DNA of 64,000 nt from Chrysomallon squamiferum (GCA_012295275.1 CM022673.1:23374001-23438000), one strand, 5' to 3'; positions 9,599 through 24,457 are shown, numbered from the stretch's first letter. The notes: generated by a model from the sequence alone, not told the origin. A program made the numbers and translations.

Positions 9599-11659
9599 AG
9601 GACACACACATATAATAATAGTAATAAATATAAGGTAGTAGTAGCAGTCGTAGTAGCAGTAGTGAAGGTGGTGGAAATTTGACGCGTCCTCAATAACATG
9701 ACGGAAGCAGACTGTCTCAACGTCGTCATTTAATATCTAAAATCAAAATCTTGAGTGTGAAACACCAGTTCATTCATTTATATATATGGAAATTTCTACA
9801 TAATGTAAGTAAAGTTTCTTCTTTTTCTTCTTCCTGTTATTAAATTTGATATGTTTCATGCTGGAAATAAATTAAATAAAAACAAAATAAAAAATTTAAA
9901 AAAATACAAAAAAACAAACAACACAATAGTTTGCATGATTTAATGCTTGCATTAGCACAACAACTGACACACATTCATCTTAATTACACAAATAAAACCA
10001 TCCATCCTCATTTTAATATATATTTACATTGCATCACATAAACATGAATGTTTTACATTCTCTGGCTTAACGCAAGTCCATCAAGGCAGTACGTGCCACA
10101 TGAATCTGGTCAGAAGCATGTTAATACACTGCAGAGGAAAAACAGCAGGTATGCAGTTTTGTTTAACACCGTTAGCTGCAGTTTCTTTCAAAGTGAAAAA
10201 CATTTTAATATGTCTATTTAATTTAATGATCGAAATAATTATTTTAAAAGCAAAACCGTCCTATTTCAAGAAATAACTATAACATTATTAATGACTCGTC
10301 AAACATAAATAAAATAAATAAATAAATAAATAAATAAAAAAAAATGTAAAACGGTTAATAAAAATAAATGAATAAAACGTAAATAAAATAAAATAAATAA
10401 ATAATAAAAAAAATTATATTTCATGAATTAATAAATAATCAGAAATAACGTATATCATCTACTTTTCATTAACAAAATATACTTATGTTATTTTAATAAC
10501 AATTATGCTAGAATTGATTTCCGTTAGTTGTTTTAATAACTTTTTATTTAAGCATTATCAGAATTATTTAGTTTATTGGTATTTCAGTGAATGGATTATT
10601 CTTTGATTGATATTTGTTATTTAATCCACAGCATGAAACACACAAGCTTAGCAATAATCAACACTGATTTTATTAGAACAAAACTCAACATTCCGTGCAA
10701 TAACAATAAATAGCATGAGTTATTTTAATTGGTATTGGTATAATTTATGTGGTTCTTGCAGTTAAGATGACAAATTAGAATTTATATACTTTTTTCTGTT
10801 TTCAGCAAGTGATTATTCAGTACATTTGGCTATCAGTCAATATTTGACGTGTTTTGATTTGTAAAAAATTATATTAACAGGAACAGAATTTAAAACTTAT
10901 CTCTGTCTGTTAGTACTTGGTGCTTACAAAAATTCTTAAATTGGTAAATTATTAAAACGTATTTTTATTCTCAAGGAGAAAACAGCTTGTTAACCATGAA
11001 TAACACACATCATTTGAAAGAGAGAAAGAGCGAAGAAAATAAAAAAAATCAACAATATTTTAAAATATGAAAATTAATACACTCTATGCATATTTTTTTG
11101 GTATAAATAAATTAATATTATACCTGTTTATATTTACACGTTAATATGATTGGTGTAACTGTACGTAAATTAATAACGTACTTCTTTTTTTTTTTACAGA
11201 AAAAAATAAAAAATATTAACGTTGAGAATCAAAACATTTCACTATTATTTCTTTCAAAAATTTGTTCCCAGCTTTTCTGTCACTTTCTGATTCTGAGCTC
11301 TAGATAATCCACCAGACTGACTTGAATTAATGGATTAGAAGAGATTTCACATCCTGCGATTCCAGAAGAACAAAATAAAGTTCTTATAATCAGCGCTTGT
11401 GTAGCCGTCAGTTTCTATATTCAACAAGTTATACGCTTTCGTTGAAGGATTTTTGTCAGTTCAATAAGAATTCCACATTGTGATTTAGTGTTTTCAGACC
11501 TTAATCGCCCCAAAAACATATGACACATTAACAAATAATAATTTGTGTACAGCTTCAGTGAAGAAACAAGTCATTCAACAAATAAATAATGAGTATGTTA
11601 CTGTGTTTGTTTGTTGGTGGGTTTTTTTGGCAATCAACAGAAGTTTTGTTTTTTAAATA

Positions 11660-11917
11660 TCACATAACCACACAGCTTTTAGCTGCTTCAGTTCTCAGTT
11701 GTAATTTCGCCTCGTTTATTCCACTGAATCGCTTCCTGCGAATGAAAGACCTGTGTCTGTGAAAACTGCTGGGGTTTCCAGCAGCTTCGCAACTGTTCTT
11801 CGTGCCAGCGGACGACAAAGCAGCAACTTCCATGACGTCGTTGACACTCTTTTGTGCAGTTTTCGCTGTGGTTTCCGAATAGACTAGAGCACCTATGTGT
11901 TTGGCAGTTTTGAGACC
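11660..11917 (-). CDS. Rnd-like Rho GTPase, exon 4 (G5 region, polybasic tail, CAAX CVVM)
   Basis: cttcag|GGT CTC...: GLKTAKHIGALVYSETTAK...RRKRF...EAAKSCVVM*. The ending resembles the Rnd3 C-terminus AKSCTVM. Confidence 0.92.
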   Translation of the reverse strand, partial: GLKTAKHIGALVYSETTAKTAQKSVNDVMEVAALSSAGTKNSCEAAGNPSSFHRHRSFIRRKRFSGINEAKLQLRTEAAKSCVVM

Positions 11918-12143
11918 CTGAAGTGAACAACAACAACAATAATAATAATAATACATTACAACACAGTACTAGACTGATTTTTTTAATAAATAAAATACAT
12001 TATATGTAAATTAGTTTATATTTGTTTGGAATTGTTTTTATATTTATTTTTTTATATATATATTTTTTTTTTTTCAATGAATAATAAAATACTTAACTTA
12101 CAGAACTAATAAACATGGATTATACATCGACATCCTTATCATT

Positions 12144-12208
<65 letters not shown>

Positions 12209-12280
12209 CATTTACATTAAATAAATAAATAAATAAATTTAAAAATAACTACAACAATAAACAAACCAAATAACACTTGC

Positions 12281-12522
12281 CTGATCGTAGGACACGAGTG
12301 ACAATTTTTCGTTTTCTTTGGGTAATGTTTTAATTTCATTACGCATGTCTGTCTTACAGCCAACCAGCATTAGCGGTTGTTTGGGGCAGTGTTCGCGGAC
12401 TTCTGGGACCCACTTTGACACAACATTGTCCATGGACTCGGGATCCGACACCGAAAAACAGATCATTATGAGGTCTGCATCTGTATATGAAAGGGGGCGA
12501 ACTCTGTCGTAACCCGAATCAC
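12281..12522 (-). CDS. Rnd-like Rho GTPase, exon 3 (switch II to G4), GC donor
   Basis: ctag|GT GAT...: (G)DSGYDRVRPLSYTDADLIMICFSVSDPESMDNVVSKWVPEVREHCPKQPLMLVGCKTDMR...SYDQ|gcaagt. Phase matches exon 4. Confidence 0.93.
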
Positions 12523-13226
12523 CTAGAGCAAATAAAATATAAAGACTGAGTTAATTTGTTCGTAAAATCTGTAATGAGACGAAACATGTTACGCATATGA
12601 CATGCACATAATACAGATTAAAAAAAAAAAAAAAAACAACATTTCAAACAACCGAATAGTTCTGTTAAAGAAAAGAACTTTATTTTTGTAAAAAGTTTCA
12701 TGCATATAATTTTACAATTTACGTAACTGTTGAAACGAATTGGAACAATGACTCTTGGAATTAGCTTGTTATTTAAACCGTTTTCAACGGGTCATCCTGA
12801 ACCTCAAGATAGAATTTCAAAACGAACGGGAGGAATTTTAAATAGGCGAAGAATTTTATAGTAAATCTGGGTAGTGTTATGTACCTTCACTAACTTTAAA
12901 CTGGACGCGAGCGATATAGTTTTATATCAGTAATGTTTGTTTTGATACCTACTGAATCTAATAAAAGTAATACTATAATGAGACATATATTTTTTCTTTC
13001 ACACTGATTTACTGCGGTACGAACATGAAAAATATCAAGTGCAAAAAGGTTTAACGATTCCTGAACGAGTTTAAACTTACACATACTTGGTAATAAAGAA
13101 TGTATCCTTTACTGACACTAAAACTTTGTAACAGGTGTTTCCTCTATAATAATATGCATTTATTAGCTAATTGATTTATGAATTGTGAAAATAGACAATT
13201 ACAACAAAAATAACGTACATGAACCA

Positions 13227-13261
<35 letters not shown>

Positions 13262-13383
13262 AAACGGGAAACTATTTGTATATTACACGTACATTAATTT
13301 TGTTACAGCTGTATTTTGTTTTGATTTCTATTGTTATTTTTATTATCCAAGACTGAATATCTCGATTACTTTACAAAGTATTT

Positions 13384-13422
<39 letters not shown>

Positions 13423-13939
13423 CTTATTTATTTTAACGATTTCTTGTTTACATTTGCTGATTTTAAATTTACAAGTAACTGTTTCGATCAAAACTCCCGG
13501 TTTGTTTTTAAATGGTATATTAGAGATAAAAACTATATTATTGCCAGTGAATAAAGCAATAGAATAAAGGAAATTGAGAAATAGTAAAGGTAACATATAA
13601 TTAAAAATAACGGTGAGAAATCCATAGACAGGTCACCATGAACCCGATACAGCTCTGCACATTGCCTAAAAATAGACATCCTACGAAGAGTGAAAAATTG
13701 GAAAGCATCAAACCAAAAAAACAAAAAGAAAAAATACACAGCAGAAATGTTCCTGCGTCAAACGCGTAAGACCAACATTTTATTTTTTGTATTTTATTTT
13801 TAAGCAGTTTAACAAATTTGTTTTTGCTCAGACCGCCTTCAGAATATCAATATTCGTCAACAAACTGTGTAAGAAACGTTTTCAATTTTTATAGATTGAC
13901 TATAATATAATAAGATTTTTGTTGTCGCTTCTGGACATT

Positions 13940-14325
13940 TTCAGCTGGAGAATACGTAACAGATGTGTGCCACCAAGGTTGCACGTGCTGATTTAAATAT
14001 TAATTTTGAACTTATAAATGTATTCCCTTCTAGTTGAAACCAGGCGTTGTTGAGTTTTAGATTCCGGTCCACGGACATCTCTACGCCCCTTTAATTAATT
14101 ATTTGCCAACAGCTGCGTGGCGATTAACACTGACACCTGCTGAATTAAATATTATTCCGTGGCCCATGAAATGTTGACCATACAGGTGATATCAATTCGT
14201 TAAATTTTTGGGTCCTGCCCGCTGAATTATCAATAATATAATTTCTTTTATTAGTGAACTCCAGATGACTGTTCGGCCATCACACCCTGCACGTGCTGAA
14301 TCAAGTTTTATTCCTGGCCTATCAC
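13940..14325. repeat. Decayed ~75-80 bp-period repeat rich in E-boxes
   Basis: Core resembling (t)gcacgtgctgaattaaatattatt recurs with GCTGA at 13987, 14139, 14221 and 14295. Confidence 0.55.
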
Positions 14326-14790
14326 TCAGATAAGGGTGACAAGGGATGAAACCAGAAGTTCTGAAATGGCATCACCAGATTTGTGCTTTTGTTATCATCT
14401 TGATCATTCCAGTAAGGCCGACAAGATACACGTTTATCTCGACATGTCTGTGCTGAGAGCAAATGGTTTACAGTCGAAAGCTGTCAGGGAGTTCAGATAA
14501 CGATGTCTGTCCATCGAAAATAATCACCAGAAACGATATGATTTTATTTCTATCTTGACATAAATCTGCTCCAGTGTGGATAGAAATAGTATCCAGCCGT
14601 TCGGTGCAACTGACGACGTATCTACCAATTAATTGTTCAGTTCATAAGATCATTTAAAAAAAATATCTAGTGGTATGCATAAAAATAGGCTAAGGAAATG
14701 GGGAAAAGAATATTAATATATTATCATGCATTTTTCACATTTTTTTTAAATTCTAGTTTATGCGTGGATGATATACACATTCGTTTGAAA

Positions 14791-14830
14791 TAAACTAACA
14801 TAAACTAACGTAAACTAACATAAACTAATA
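14791..14830. repeat. 10-bp tandem repeat (TAAACTAACA) x4
   Basis: taaactaaca taaactaacg taaactaaca taaactaata. Confidence 0.85.
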
Positions 14831-15959
14831 GTTGATTTAAAGTGGGAGAAAAACACACTGAGTGATTTATAAAAAAAAGAAAAGAAAAAGAAAACGAAAT
14901 AAAAGTAACAGTTAATCGTTGTGATCCTCATATCGAAAGCCAACCAGTACAATGATGATGCAATTGTTTCTGACTAAATAGGTTAAATGCTACAAAACAT
15001 GAATGAAGGAAACAAAAGTTGTATTAAGAAACACTTTAAAAGCTGTCATGCAGGCGGAACTAGTTAATCGTATTAACTTTTATTAACCATAGAAAAAAAT
15101 AAAGCACATAATTTGATTTACAGGATCATTCCGTAATTAAAAACAAAGCAGTATGGATAAGACCGGCGATGCACTTATGTTATTGGTAATTCTCGAATAT
15201 AAGAGATGTCGAACAAACGGGAACATTAGTAATGAAAAAGGGTATCGTTGTATACACATTACTCAACACTGAACATATTTTAAAAAATCTGTCATATGCT
15301 TGCCATATGCCACATGTTCAGAAACTTTAAAACCCCTCGCAACATATTGCATACGCAACAAGGAGAAATATAAAGAGGTTTTTGTTGAGGAGAAGTGATG
15401 AATACCGCGGAATGATAGAAATCTCTTCCTTTTCCCAGCCCTGCCCATTCAGGCTCGGATACCGTAGCGGAACGCAGGAGCCTGTCACGATATTTTAACA
15501 ACAATGAAATTTTGAAAGCTCGGTAAAACAACGGGGAGTGTCTGAGACATAAAAATGAATAAAACATATATTAGAGATGGTGTCTTGCAGATAAAGGACA
15601 ACTTCTGATGATTAGCAATGAAGTCAGATGCAAAATTCTTTTTGTACAGAAAATAAAAAAGTTTCAGCAATAAAATCAGTTTTATTGTGAACTGTTTAAA
15701 TAATTATATGACAGCAATAAAATACCTTGTAGCAAAGCGATCCTGCTATGACAACAATAAAAAATACAAACAAAACCCACTTGTGTTATATACAAAGGCG
15801 TAAAGTGTATAACAGATATGGCTTTTTACTACAATCCATGTTTATTTATAATGCAAGTACAAAGATTTTTTGAAGAAATCATATTATAAAGAATAGTTAA
15901 AAAATAAAACAATTTTTAAAAATGATTATATTTTTCATATAGGATACTTATTTATGAAG

Positions 15960-15992
<33 letters not shown>

Positions 15993-18900
15993 CGTTATTT
16001 GACTAAGATATGAAACATTTTTATTCATTTTTTTTTTTTTTAACGATATAATTTATTTATCTCAAACATTACATCATCCACGATTATAATACTCCAAGGC
16101 CTCTGAACAAATCTGTCCGTGTCAACGCAAGATTCAAAGGCCTTATGTGCAATAGAAAAACTCTCGAGAAACACTCCTTTCCTGTCTGCGGGCTCTCGGC
16201 ATCCCATGAATGTTAAAACTGGTTACAACACGAGGTTTCTAATTACCGTACACATGCAGCGTAACGAGCCTGTCGTCTGACATCTTTAATATTGACGTAT
16301 GTCCGCATCGCTTTCTAATTTCCATCAATTACCGGATTTTCTAATAAAGTCCAAACGCAAGTGACATTTTCTGACACGTGTTGGTATAGTATTTCGCGAC
16401 ATGGCTGAAATATGTTAATAGAGATTAGCTTGTAACTGGAGCCGTCTTCACTTAACGATAAGAAAACAATTTTAGCCAATGTGTCACATTAACTTGTTAT
16501 GAAAGAAAAGACACGAGAAGAAAAGAAACGAAAAGCCTTGCTTATTTATATGTATATTTATGAAAATGTTGTGTTCGTGTATTGTATATTTATAAGGAGC
16601 ACGCGTATGTTGTTACATATATGAAAGACCAAAGAAAGTTTGGTAAATCTAGCACGATGTGTTAATAGCCAATTCAAATTATATTTAAATATGCTGTAAT
16701 TTACATCTATAGAAAAGAAAGAAGGCGATAAAAGGAAAAAAAAAAATAATAATAAAAAAAGAAAAAAGATTTATGACTTATGTTACATTATTAATGGGGA
16801 TACAACAATATCTCGAATATCAGAATATTTCAACACTGTTTGAAATGAAAGCAGGAAAGAAAAAATAATTATATATAAAGACGGTTTATTAAAAAAGGAT
16901 GAAAGAGAATTCTTTACATGTAACTTAAATCGTTCTATGTATGATAAGAACAGTCTGTGTATATCTCTACATCACAATGCTTGGAAAATGAAACAAAGAC
17001 AGAAACATAAGAAAGAGATGAAAGCTAAACTGATTTATGGGGTCCAAACTGTGAAAAAGTGAAAGAAACCGAACACTCATCTTCAGAAAAAAAAAAATCA
17101 AATTAAAAAAAAAAAAAAAAAAAAAAAAGATTAATAAAAACAAAAATTTAAATAAAAAATAAATAAATAAAATATATTATAAATCAGTTATAGCGCAGTG
17201 GTTGCATGTTATGTAATTATTACAGGCTACAGAGTATGTTTTTAACCATGATTTACCTGTTTGATTTACCAAGGGATGTAAATATCAATGAGAAGCTGCT
17301 TATAAATGACTCAAGTTAACTGATAAGAATAAGACCAAGTCAGATTGTTCTTTTTATTCATAATTACAGTAAACTTGAAGAGCTTTTAATTCGATTTCTT
17401 TCTAAACATTATAACTAAATATATTATTGTGTAATCAAGACATAGGTTTTTATAATGAACACATTCAGAGTATCCAGATTTAAATTTCAAGTGTTTACAC
17501 TTCTGGTTTAGGTATAACGCAAACTGAGAATAGTGTGTGAGCAAGCTGAAGGAGAACAAAAATAAAGAAAGTTGTTATATTAGCTGAATCCAATTTGCCA
17601 CCAGCTTGTAATATAATATATGTTCTTTTTAAAATTGTTTTATTTGGTGAAGGACCACAGGCTAGAAAAGAGAACACGAACAAAACAAGAAACATAACCT
17701 CCGGTTAACATAGAGCAAGTAAAACAAAAAATAATGTTTAAAAATAAAAAATTAAAATCATCAATATTCTTGGGATTTAAAAATGGTAATCATTGTTCAC
17801 ATTAATATTAATATTAATACAGAAAAAGTGTTTATTTATTGCTGCAGCACTTTCTGATATAAATTCAGGAAACCCCAACGATTAAACTACATTTATTTTT
17901 TACCATTTAGGCTACTTTTTTTAACTATGAAGATTAGACTGCAGCTTTAAATTCAAATGACCATTACAAACGAGACGGCATTTTGAAATATATATAGGTA
18001 TTGAATATCAATAGCGGATCTCTAAACAAAGCTCTAGACTGACTGCAATCGCCTATCCATTACATGCACACACGCTATTTCACGTGGCATTTCGTAAACA
18101 GAATAGTTTGTTATGTAGCTGAAACGGCTCCATAACTCCGAGTTTCCGTGGGCCGGACCAGACCATCAGGAGAGGATCAAATAGCACGAGGAATGCGTAC
18201 CCCGCCCAGTCCCCACGGAGTGTTCCGTTCACGAAAACCAGCCAGACAAAACGGTCTTGATCTGCAGTGTGTTAACGCCAGGTTATCTTATCTCCACATC
18301 AGAACCATGTACTGTGCAGGGGAGAAGGTCTTTGTATTAGTTTCATGTCTCAGTTTTATCGTTTTATATTATATATGTATATATATAATTTCCACATTGT
18401 ATTATAAACGTACAGTGTCGGGTAGACGGTCTTTGGGTTCGTGTTGTCACAACTGAACAGTTGTGTAGTTTCTATCAGCACAGACTGCGTAATAGTTGCA
18501 GTAATACATTATTTAAACATTATTCTTATATAGATAAATCATCCCGCTTACACATTCTATTTATAATATTATTATTTATACACTGATTTTGTTTTGATTT
18601 TGGCTGTCGTTATGCTTGTAGTCATCCATCTCTATTTGTCTCTCTACTAAAGAAATATGTTCACGTCTATCTATGAGTAAGAAGGCAGACAGGTTGAGAA
18701 AAAATGCAGAAGGAATCAGAATCAAAACTGATAAAATAATCTTCAGTAAATAATGATATAAAGGTTATAATTATCGTAAATTCATGTTTCTAAACATATC
18801 AAATGAACTTGTAGCTCTTGAAAAAAGGCATCAACGAAAACGGTAAGTCTAGAACTGCACATTCTACTCATTAAAGACAATATATTGAAGGTTACTGTTA

Positions 18901-20084
18901 ACAAAGTTAATGAAGAAAAATTATTTTAGCCAAATGACCGAGTCGGCCTGTTGATGATATTAATAAAGCTACACCTAGAACAACAACACCCCTTGCCTCG
19001 GCGTATTTGAAGTAAAACAAAGACGAACATGTGAGGCATGCTTGGCGCGTCTCACTTGGGATTAGGAATCTGTCTCTTCAGAGAAAGGAATCCGTCACGT
19101 TCCGGACACTTCCAGTTTTATGGTCACATCGGTCAACAGCTCGTCCTCAGTGTGGAATTTATCTGACCACATCGCTCAGGAATACAAAAGGAACTTCCCC
19201 AAACACTAAAAAGTGTCCGCTCGCGGATAAGTAATGGAAATAACACAAGGAAGCTGAAAACAGATACGGTTTATGGGGAACATTACTGCCGACTTGAAGC
19301 TTTCAACTAAATTTTATTACATATTAACTTCTTTCGTATTTTTCTTTTTCACAGAAAGGAAAACAGTTCTTGAGTGAATGTTCCACAGTTAATGCTGTTT
19401 TATCTGTTATGGCTGCAGTTAGTTTAAATGTAGCTTGAACTAGTCAAATAAGTTATATGTCCAACAGCTATTGCTTCTACGTAAAAGAAATATTAAGGTA
19501 GCATTAAACAGTATTTCATCTAAAGAACTGAACTCATAAAATTAATTGTTACATTTTAATTTAATTTTTTTTTAATCACGACCCCTGTAACTCGTATGCG
19601 TATTTGAAATGGGAGAATCATTTTAAATAACATTTTATAAAAGCCTTTGTCTCTTTTATTTATAGTGCTATTTTTAAATTAAAATATCATTTTAAATAAA
19701 AATTAAATGAGCAATAAAGTATTATTTTCCCAATAACTGTAACTATTAAACACAATTTCGTTGTTTTTCGATTCATGAGATTAATATTCTGAGGGTGCTC
19801 TTCATACCTGTTTTGCTAGGAACATTATAATATGAATTACTGTTTAAAGTTTTCTAAGTGGTCGTGTGTAAACATCATCGACGAGTATGAGAAAACAAAG
19901 TTTCCACGGACAATTGGTAAACTGAAAACAATACACTTAACTCGCTTATATTATTATCAACAACAAAATTGCTTCGCAAACACGCTGTCAGATAGGCCGT
20001 TAACTGTTAAATATCATTACGTTCATAATGCAAAAACTTGATAGATCATAACCAAAGAACTAAAATGATCGGTCTTGTTTGATT

Positions 20085-20310
20085 TTCAGAATGCTTTTAT
20101 ATGGTTCTGAAAATGCTATCGTATATTATACAAAATACTTTCATGTGAAACACAAAGAGCTACGAGAACAATCCCATCATGCAGTCTTCCTTCATGCTGT
20201 TCTCAAAATGCTACCAGTATCATGATATTCGAAATGCTACTATGTGGTACTCAAATATTACCATGTGGTACTTGAAATGCTATCATGGAATTCTTGATAT
20301 GTTATGGTAT
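20085..20310. repeat. Degenerate ~20-bp minisatellite (AAATGCTAyCATGTGGTACTC-like)
   Basis: Recurrent aaatgctat/aaatgctac...atgtggtac units. Confidence 0.55.
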
Positions 20311-22023
20311 TGCGATCTTTTTTGTCATGGACACTGTGTTTAAAGAATTCACTTCTAACTTAAATTAAAAGACGTTTATTTTAAAATTGTTTTTTATAAT
20401 TTTGTTGCTTGTTTTATCATCCGAATTATGAAATAATTTTTAAAATTTAAATATCGCAGAGGAAATAAAAATATCTCTCAAACTTCACGAATTAACAGAA
20501 AATGTAAGGAGCACTGCTGCACAAAATATTACCGAAATGACCTTTTTCATTTGAAATTCTGAATCACTAGGAAATTGCCAAGCTATGTCGTGTTGTGGAA
20601 GGAAACACTCAGTTCCCGAGACAGAAATACCAGCTATGTAACAACATGCCGAGTATTCTGGCCTGAAATTAGGTTGAGGGCACTATTAGCGTACATTAAA
20701 TCACAAAACTCCATGCAAGTAAACCTGTCTTTATTTATATTACTTAAACATTTATCATATATATAAAACCATATTGCTTTTTAGTTTTTTTAAAGACATA
20801 CACTCGCACACACACAAATACACACAACGACAAATATAAATACGTAACCAGGTATTTTTATTGCAACTATCTTTAATCAGACATAATAATAATAATCATG
20901 GCCCCAAGCCTTGCATTTTTACTAAACGTTTGAAGTGACAAGCCATATATTAAAACCAAAATTTTCTGCTGACTAGTCAAGATCTAATATTAGAAACCAA
21001 AATATGTAATGGATTCCTGAAAACAGTGAGAAAGGTTTCAAGCATATATTATGTGAACCTTTCTCTGCAGCACCTGTGTTCCCAACGTTTAAGATAGGTT
21101 TCTATGAAAAGTCAAGTGTTTCCAGGATATATAATATAATGCTAGGGTGATCTCAGCCACGCACTTTCCTCGGCTGTTTGTTTACATTTCAGGAAATGAG
21201 TTGCGTAATCTCTACAGATGAAAATATCGTTAGTAATTTAATCGGTACCATCTACATACAGAGAATTCAAAACAATAGGCATACCAAAAATACTGTTACG
21301 TTAAAGAGAAGTGCATGATTTTATAACGTTATTCTTGTTTTCTAATTTACTTGATAAATTTATGTTTACCTAGATAAAAACGCACATAAATCTTTAGAAA
21401 AAATCAAAACTGTTTCCTTTATTACACAAGCAGAGCATAATCGTCTAAAGCGCTGCCAGGTACAAGAATACTTTTTTATTTATTTATTTTCTTTTTTTTT
21501 TTTCAGCATTTACAGTTTGTTTCTCATTTGAAAACGTATATTCTGGACACGTAATTAATCATTAGTTTTCCTGTGGCTTTTACAGATTTTCTTCTAGGGG
21601 CTGTTGTTGGTGCACAAAAGTATATAACTAATATCAAACATTAAATAACAACATGCACAACAGTTCTAACAATAGCTTCAACAAATCAGCGTTCAAAAGT
21701 AACTGTTCTATAAGCTACATTAGCGATACCAAAAGTTTCGTGTCAAAACTGAAACCCATAAAGATTAATTAAATCCTCCATCCTACTCAGTTGTCCATTT
21801 CACAAAGAGCGCGTTTATCCCTGGGGACAGCTTATAAACAGGCTCTGGTTTTGCGGTTAAAGGTGCTGTTACATGATGCAACTTAAAGTACGTATTTGTT
21901 TTCAAACTATACGTGCCTATGTAAGGAGGCTTTAGTTTTGAGGTTAAACGGATCTTTGCACAGGACATAGTCTGGATGTATGGCATATGCAGGGCATATA
22001 TTTAAAGTGAATGGGCATTGTTA

Positions 22024-22138
22024 TTCCAGATAATTACGTAACGATCGTTTTGACTTCCAAATGTTATTTACTTTCTAGATCTGTGTGAAAGTAAATAACA
22101 TTTGGAAGTCAAAACGATCATTACATAATTATCTGGAA
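22024..22138. repeat. Near-perfect inverted repeat/hairpin (52-bp arms, 11-nt loop)
   Basis: 22024-22075 is the reverse complement of 22087-22138 with 2 mismatches; loop TAGATCTGTGT. Confidence 0.95.
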
Positions 22139-22990
22139 CAATCATGGAAAATTTGTATGCAGTGTACAATATAAAAATACATTTGAACGACATCTCAGAA
22201 CACATACACAAAAAAAAAAGAAAAAAAGCGAGATCATTGCTATGAATGGCATCCTATGAACGGACCTTTAATTCAGTGAAATGTGACACGCGCCACCTGG
22301 CTACTTGTGCAAGATAACGATGCGTCAAATTCAGTACTAATTGCAATCAACGTACTTATTGCTATATAGAGAGAGACCACCTTGGTTTGGTGTACTGGCC
22401 TGTTTCGTATCATTCCTATAGAAAGGTTAAACGGTAAATTTGAAATGTTATGCACTTGTAAAACGAACATGCACAAAGAGTCAAAGATAAAACCTATAAA
22501 AAGACTGGTGTTGTGTATATGACCAGGACAGGCTGAAGGTACTGGCAACTCGGAAGGTTACCCATGGCGCCATATACTAGGTAGGGGGTGCCATATTATG
22601 TGTTTCGGATCTTGCAAATGCAGTGTGGGCAAATGTTAAAATAATAAATGTTAATTATTATTTCTGTTATCTCTTTCCTACCTGTCAATTATACATTTAT
22701 TTATACGGTTTGGGATGGACCGTTTAGGAAATATTTGTCTCCAAAGGTGTTGTTGGTGTCCATTTTGAATATATGCAAATTAGTATACTTCATAATTTGG
22801 GTAGATATTCAAAGTGCCATCCCCCAAACATATTATTTCATTAAAAAATTCTATTGCAATTTGTTTCAGGTTTTTGATAATTCTACTGCGCTACAGCATT
22901 TCGTATTGTCATGATCAATGATAGGTTGACCAAAATGATAAAATAATTATTTGAATTCTATTATTTAATCGTTCTATCAGTTAGATTTTA

Positions 22991-22992
<2 letters not shown>

Positions 22993-23044
<52 letters not shown>

Positions 23045-23105
23045 CATCATAATCCAAATCATAATCATAATAATAGTAGTAGTAGTAGTAGCAGCAGCAG
23101 TAGTT

Positions 23106-23170
<65 letters not shown>
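22993..23170. repeat. Compound trinucleotide microsatellite (AAT/AGT/AGC)
   Basis: Read directly. Confidence 0.95.
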
Positions 23171-23171
<1 letters not shown>

Positions 23172-24274
23172 CTGAATAAAAAGCAATTCCATCATTTCAT
23201 AAGTTCTGAAAGTTCCTTACTAAGTTGTTCCATGAGATGGTAAAACTAAAAGCTAGTGATACCCTCTACAACTCTCAAATGAAAGAAACTCACGATATCG
23301 CCGCAGCACTTTGATAAACAGCTGAGTAAATTCGGTTAATGTGTTAGAAAACGATAAACAGGTTATTACATGGATCACCACCAGTTGGTTATGTACCAGC
23401 GATGATGTGATAATGTACAATAAGAATATGTTGAAATATCCAAAGATGCGCAATAAGTTATATGTGTCAGTACGTGTGTATGCGTTACATGCACTTATCT
23501 TTACTTAGGGTTATTTAAATGCACGTGGAATTCACTCTCTTGTTAATACCACCCAAGTATTCCGCATTTTTTTTTAAATTTATTGCTTTATATATTCATT
23601 TATCTACACATAAAAAATAAACAAAAACGGCTTCAGTTAATTTAAGTGACATTTACAGATTGTTTGTACAATGTAATTATTCTTTTAAGGTTTTCCCTAC
23701 TAAATAGTACGTAATTTGCTGGATCAGAAAAACATACAGCATCACTAACTAATCGTATATAAAATATTCTCAGGGATATATTCCGAAATGAAAAAGATTC
23801 CAGAAACTATTGTCAAGAGTTTTCAGATTTTTCACGTTGAGGCTAGTATCCCATAATGAGTTTCTCACAGGCTTTGGTATATATTTTCCCCTATTTGAGG
23901 GAAAAAGAAAAAAACTTCTTATGTCTTGCTATCAGAGATTATTAGTCAACAACAACAATTTCCGCCATAAGTTTAAAATTAAAACCCTTCATCTATAAAC
24001 ATGTTCTGGATGTACTAGATTATTATGCTCGTATAGACCACAAACATTCAGACATCGCTGAATGTGGAAAAGCCACCCAATGTAATCATTGCTAGACTCC
24101 ACGCACGCAATATGGCCGTCACAGGAGACAGTGGTGTTGAAAGATAAGTGGAAACACTAAACGGACTGGTGCATCTGTTGGCGAGATAACACTACAACAA
24201 GACTATCAACTGGCAGATGAAGCCCATGATTACAATAAAAGTGCATTTTATTTATTCTTTTAGGAGAAATATGG

Positions 24275-24457
<183 letters not shown>

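Noticed and set aside
9469-9729. 86-aa minus-strand ORF after an acceptor-like site
   Set aside because: Mostly microsatellite-derived; no recognisable domain or donor.
13940-14325. CRISPR-like repeat-spacer array
   Set aside because: Eukaryotic intron, highly degenerate repeats, irregular spacing, no cas genes.
18148-18456. 102-aa ORF in a GC-richer island
   Set aside because: GTG start, no motif or splice support; more likely intronic regulatory DNA or a repeat remnant.
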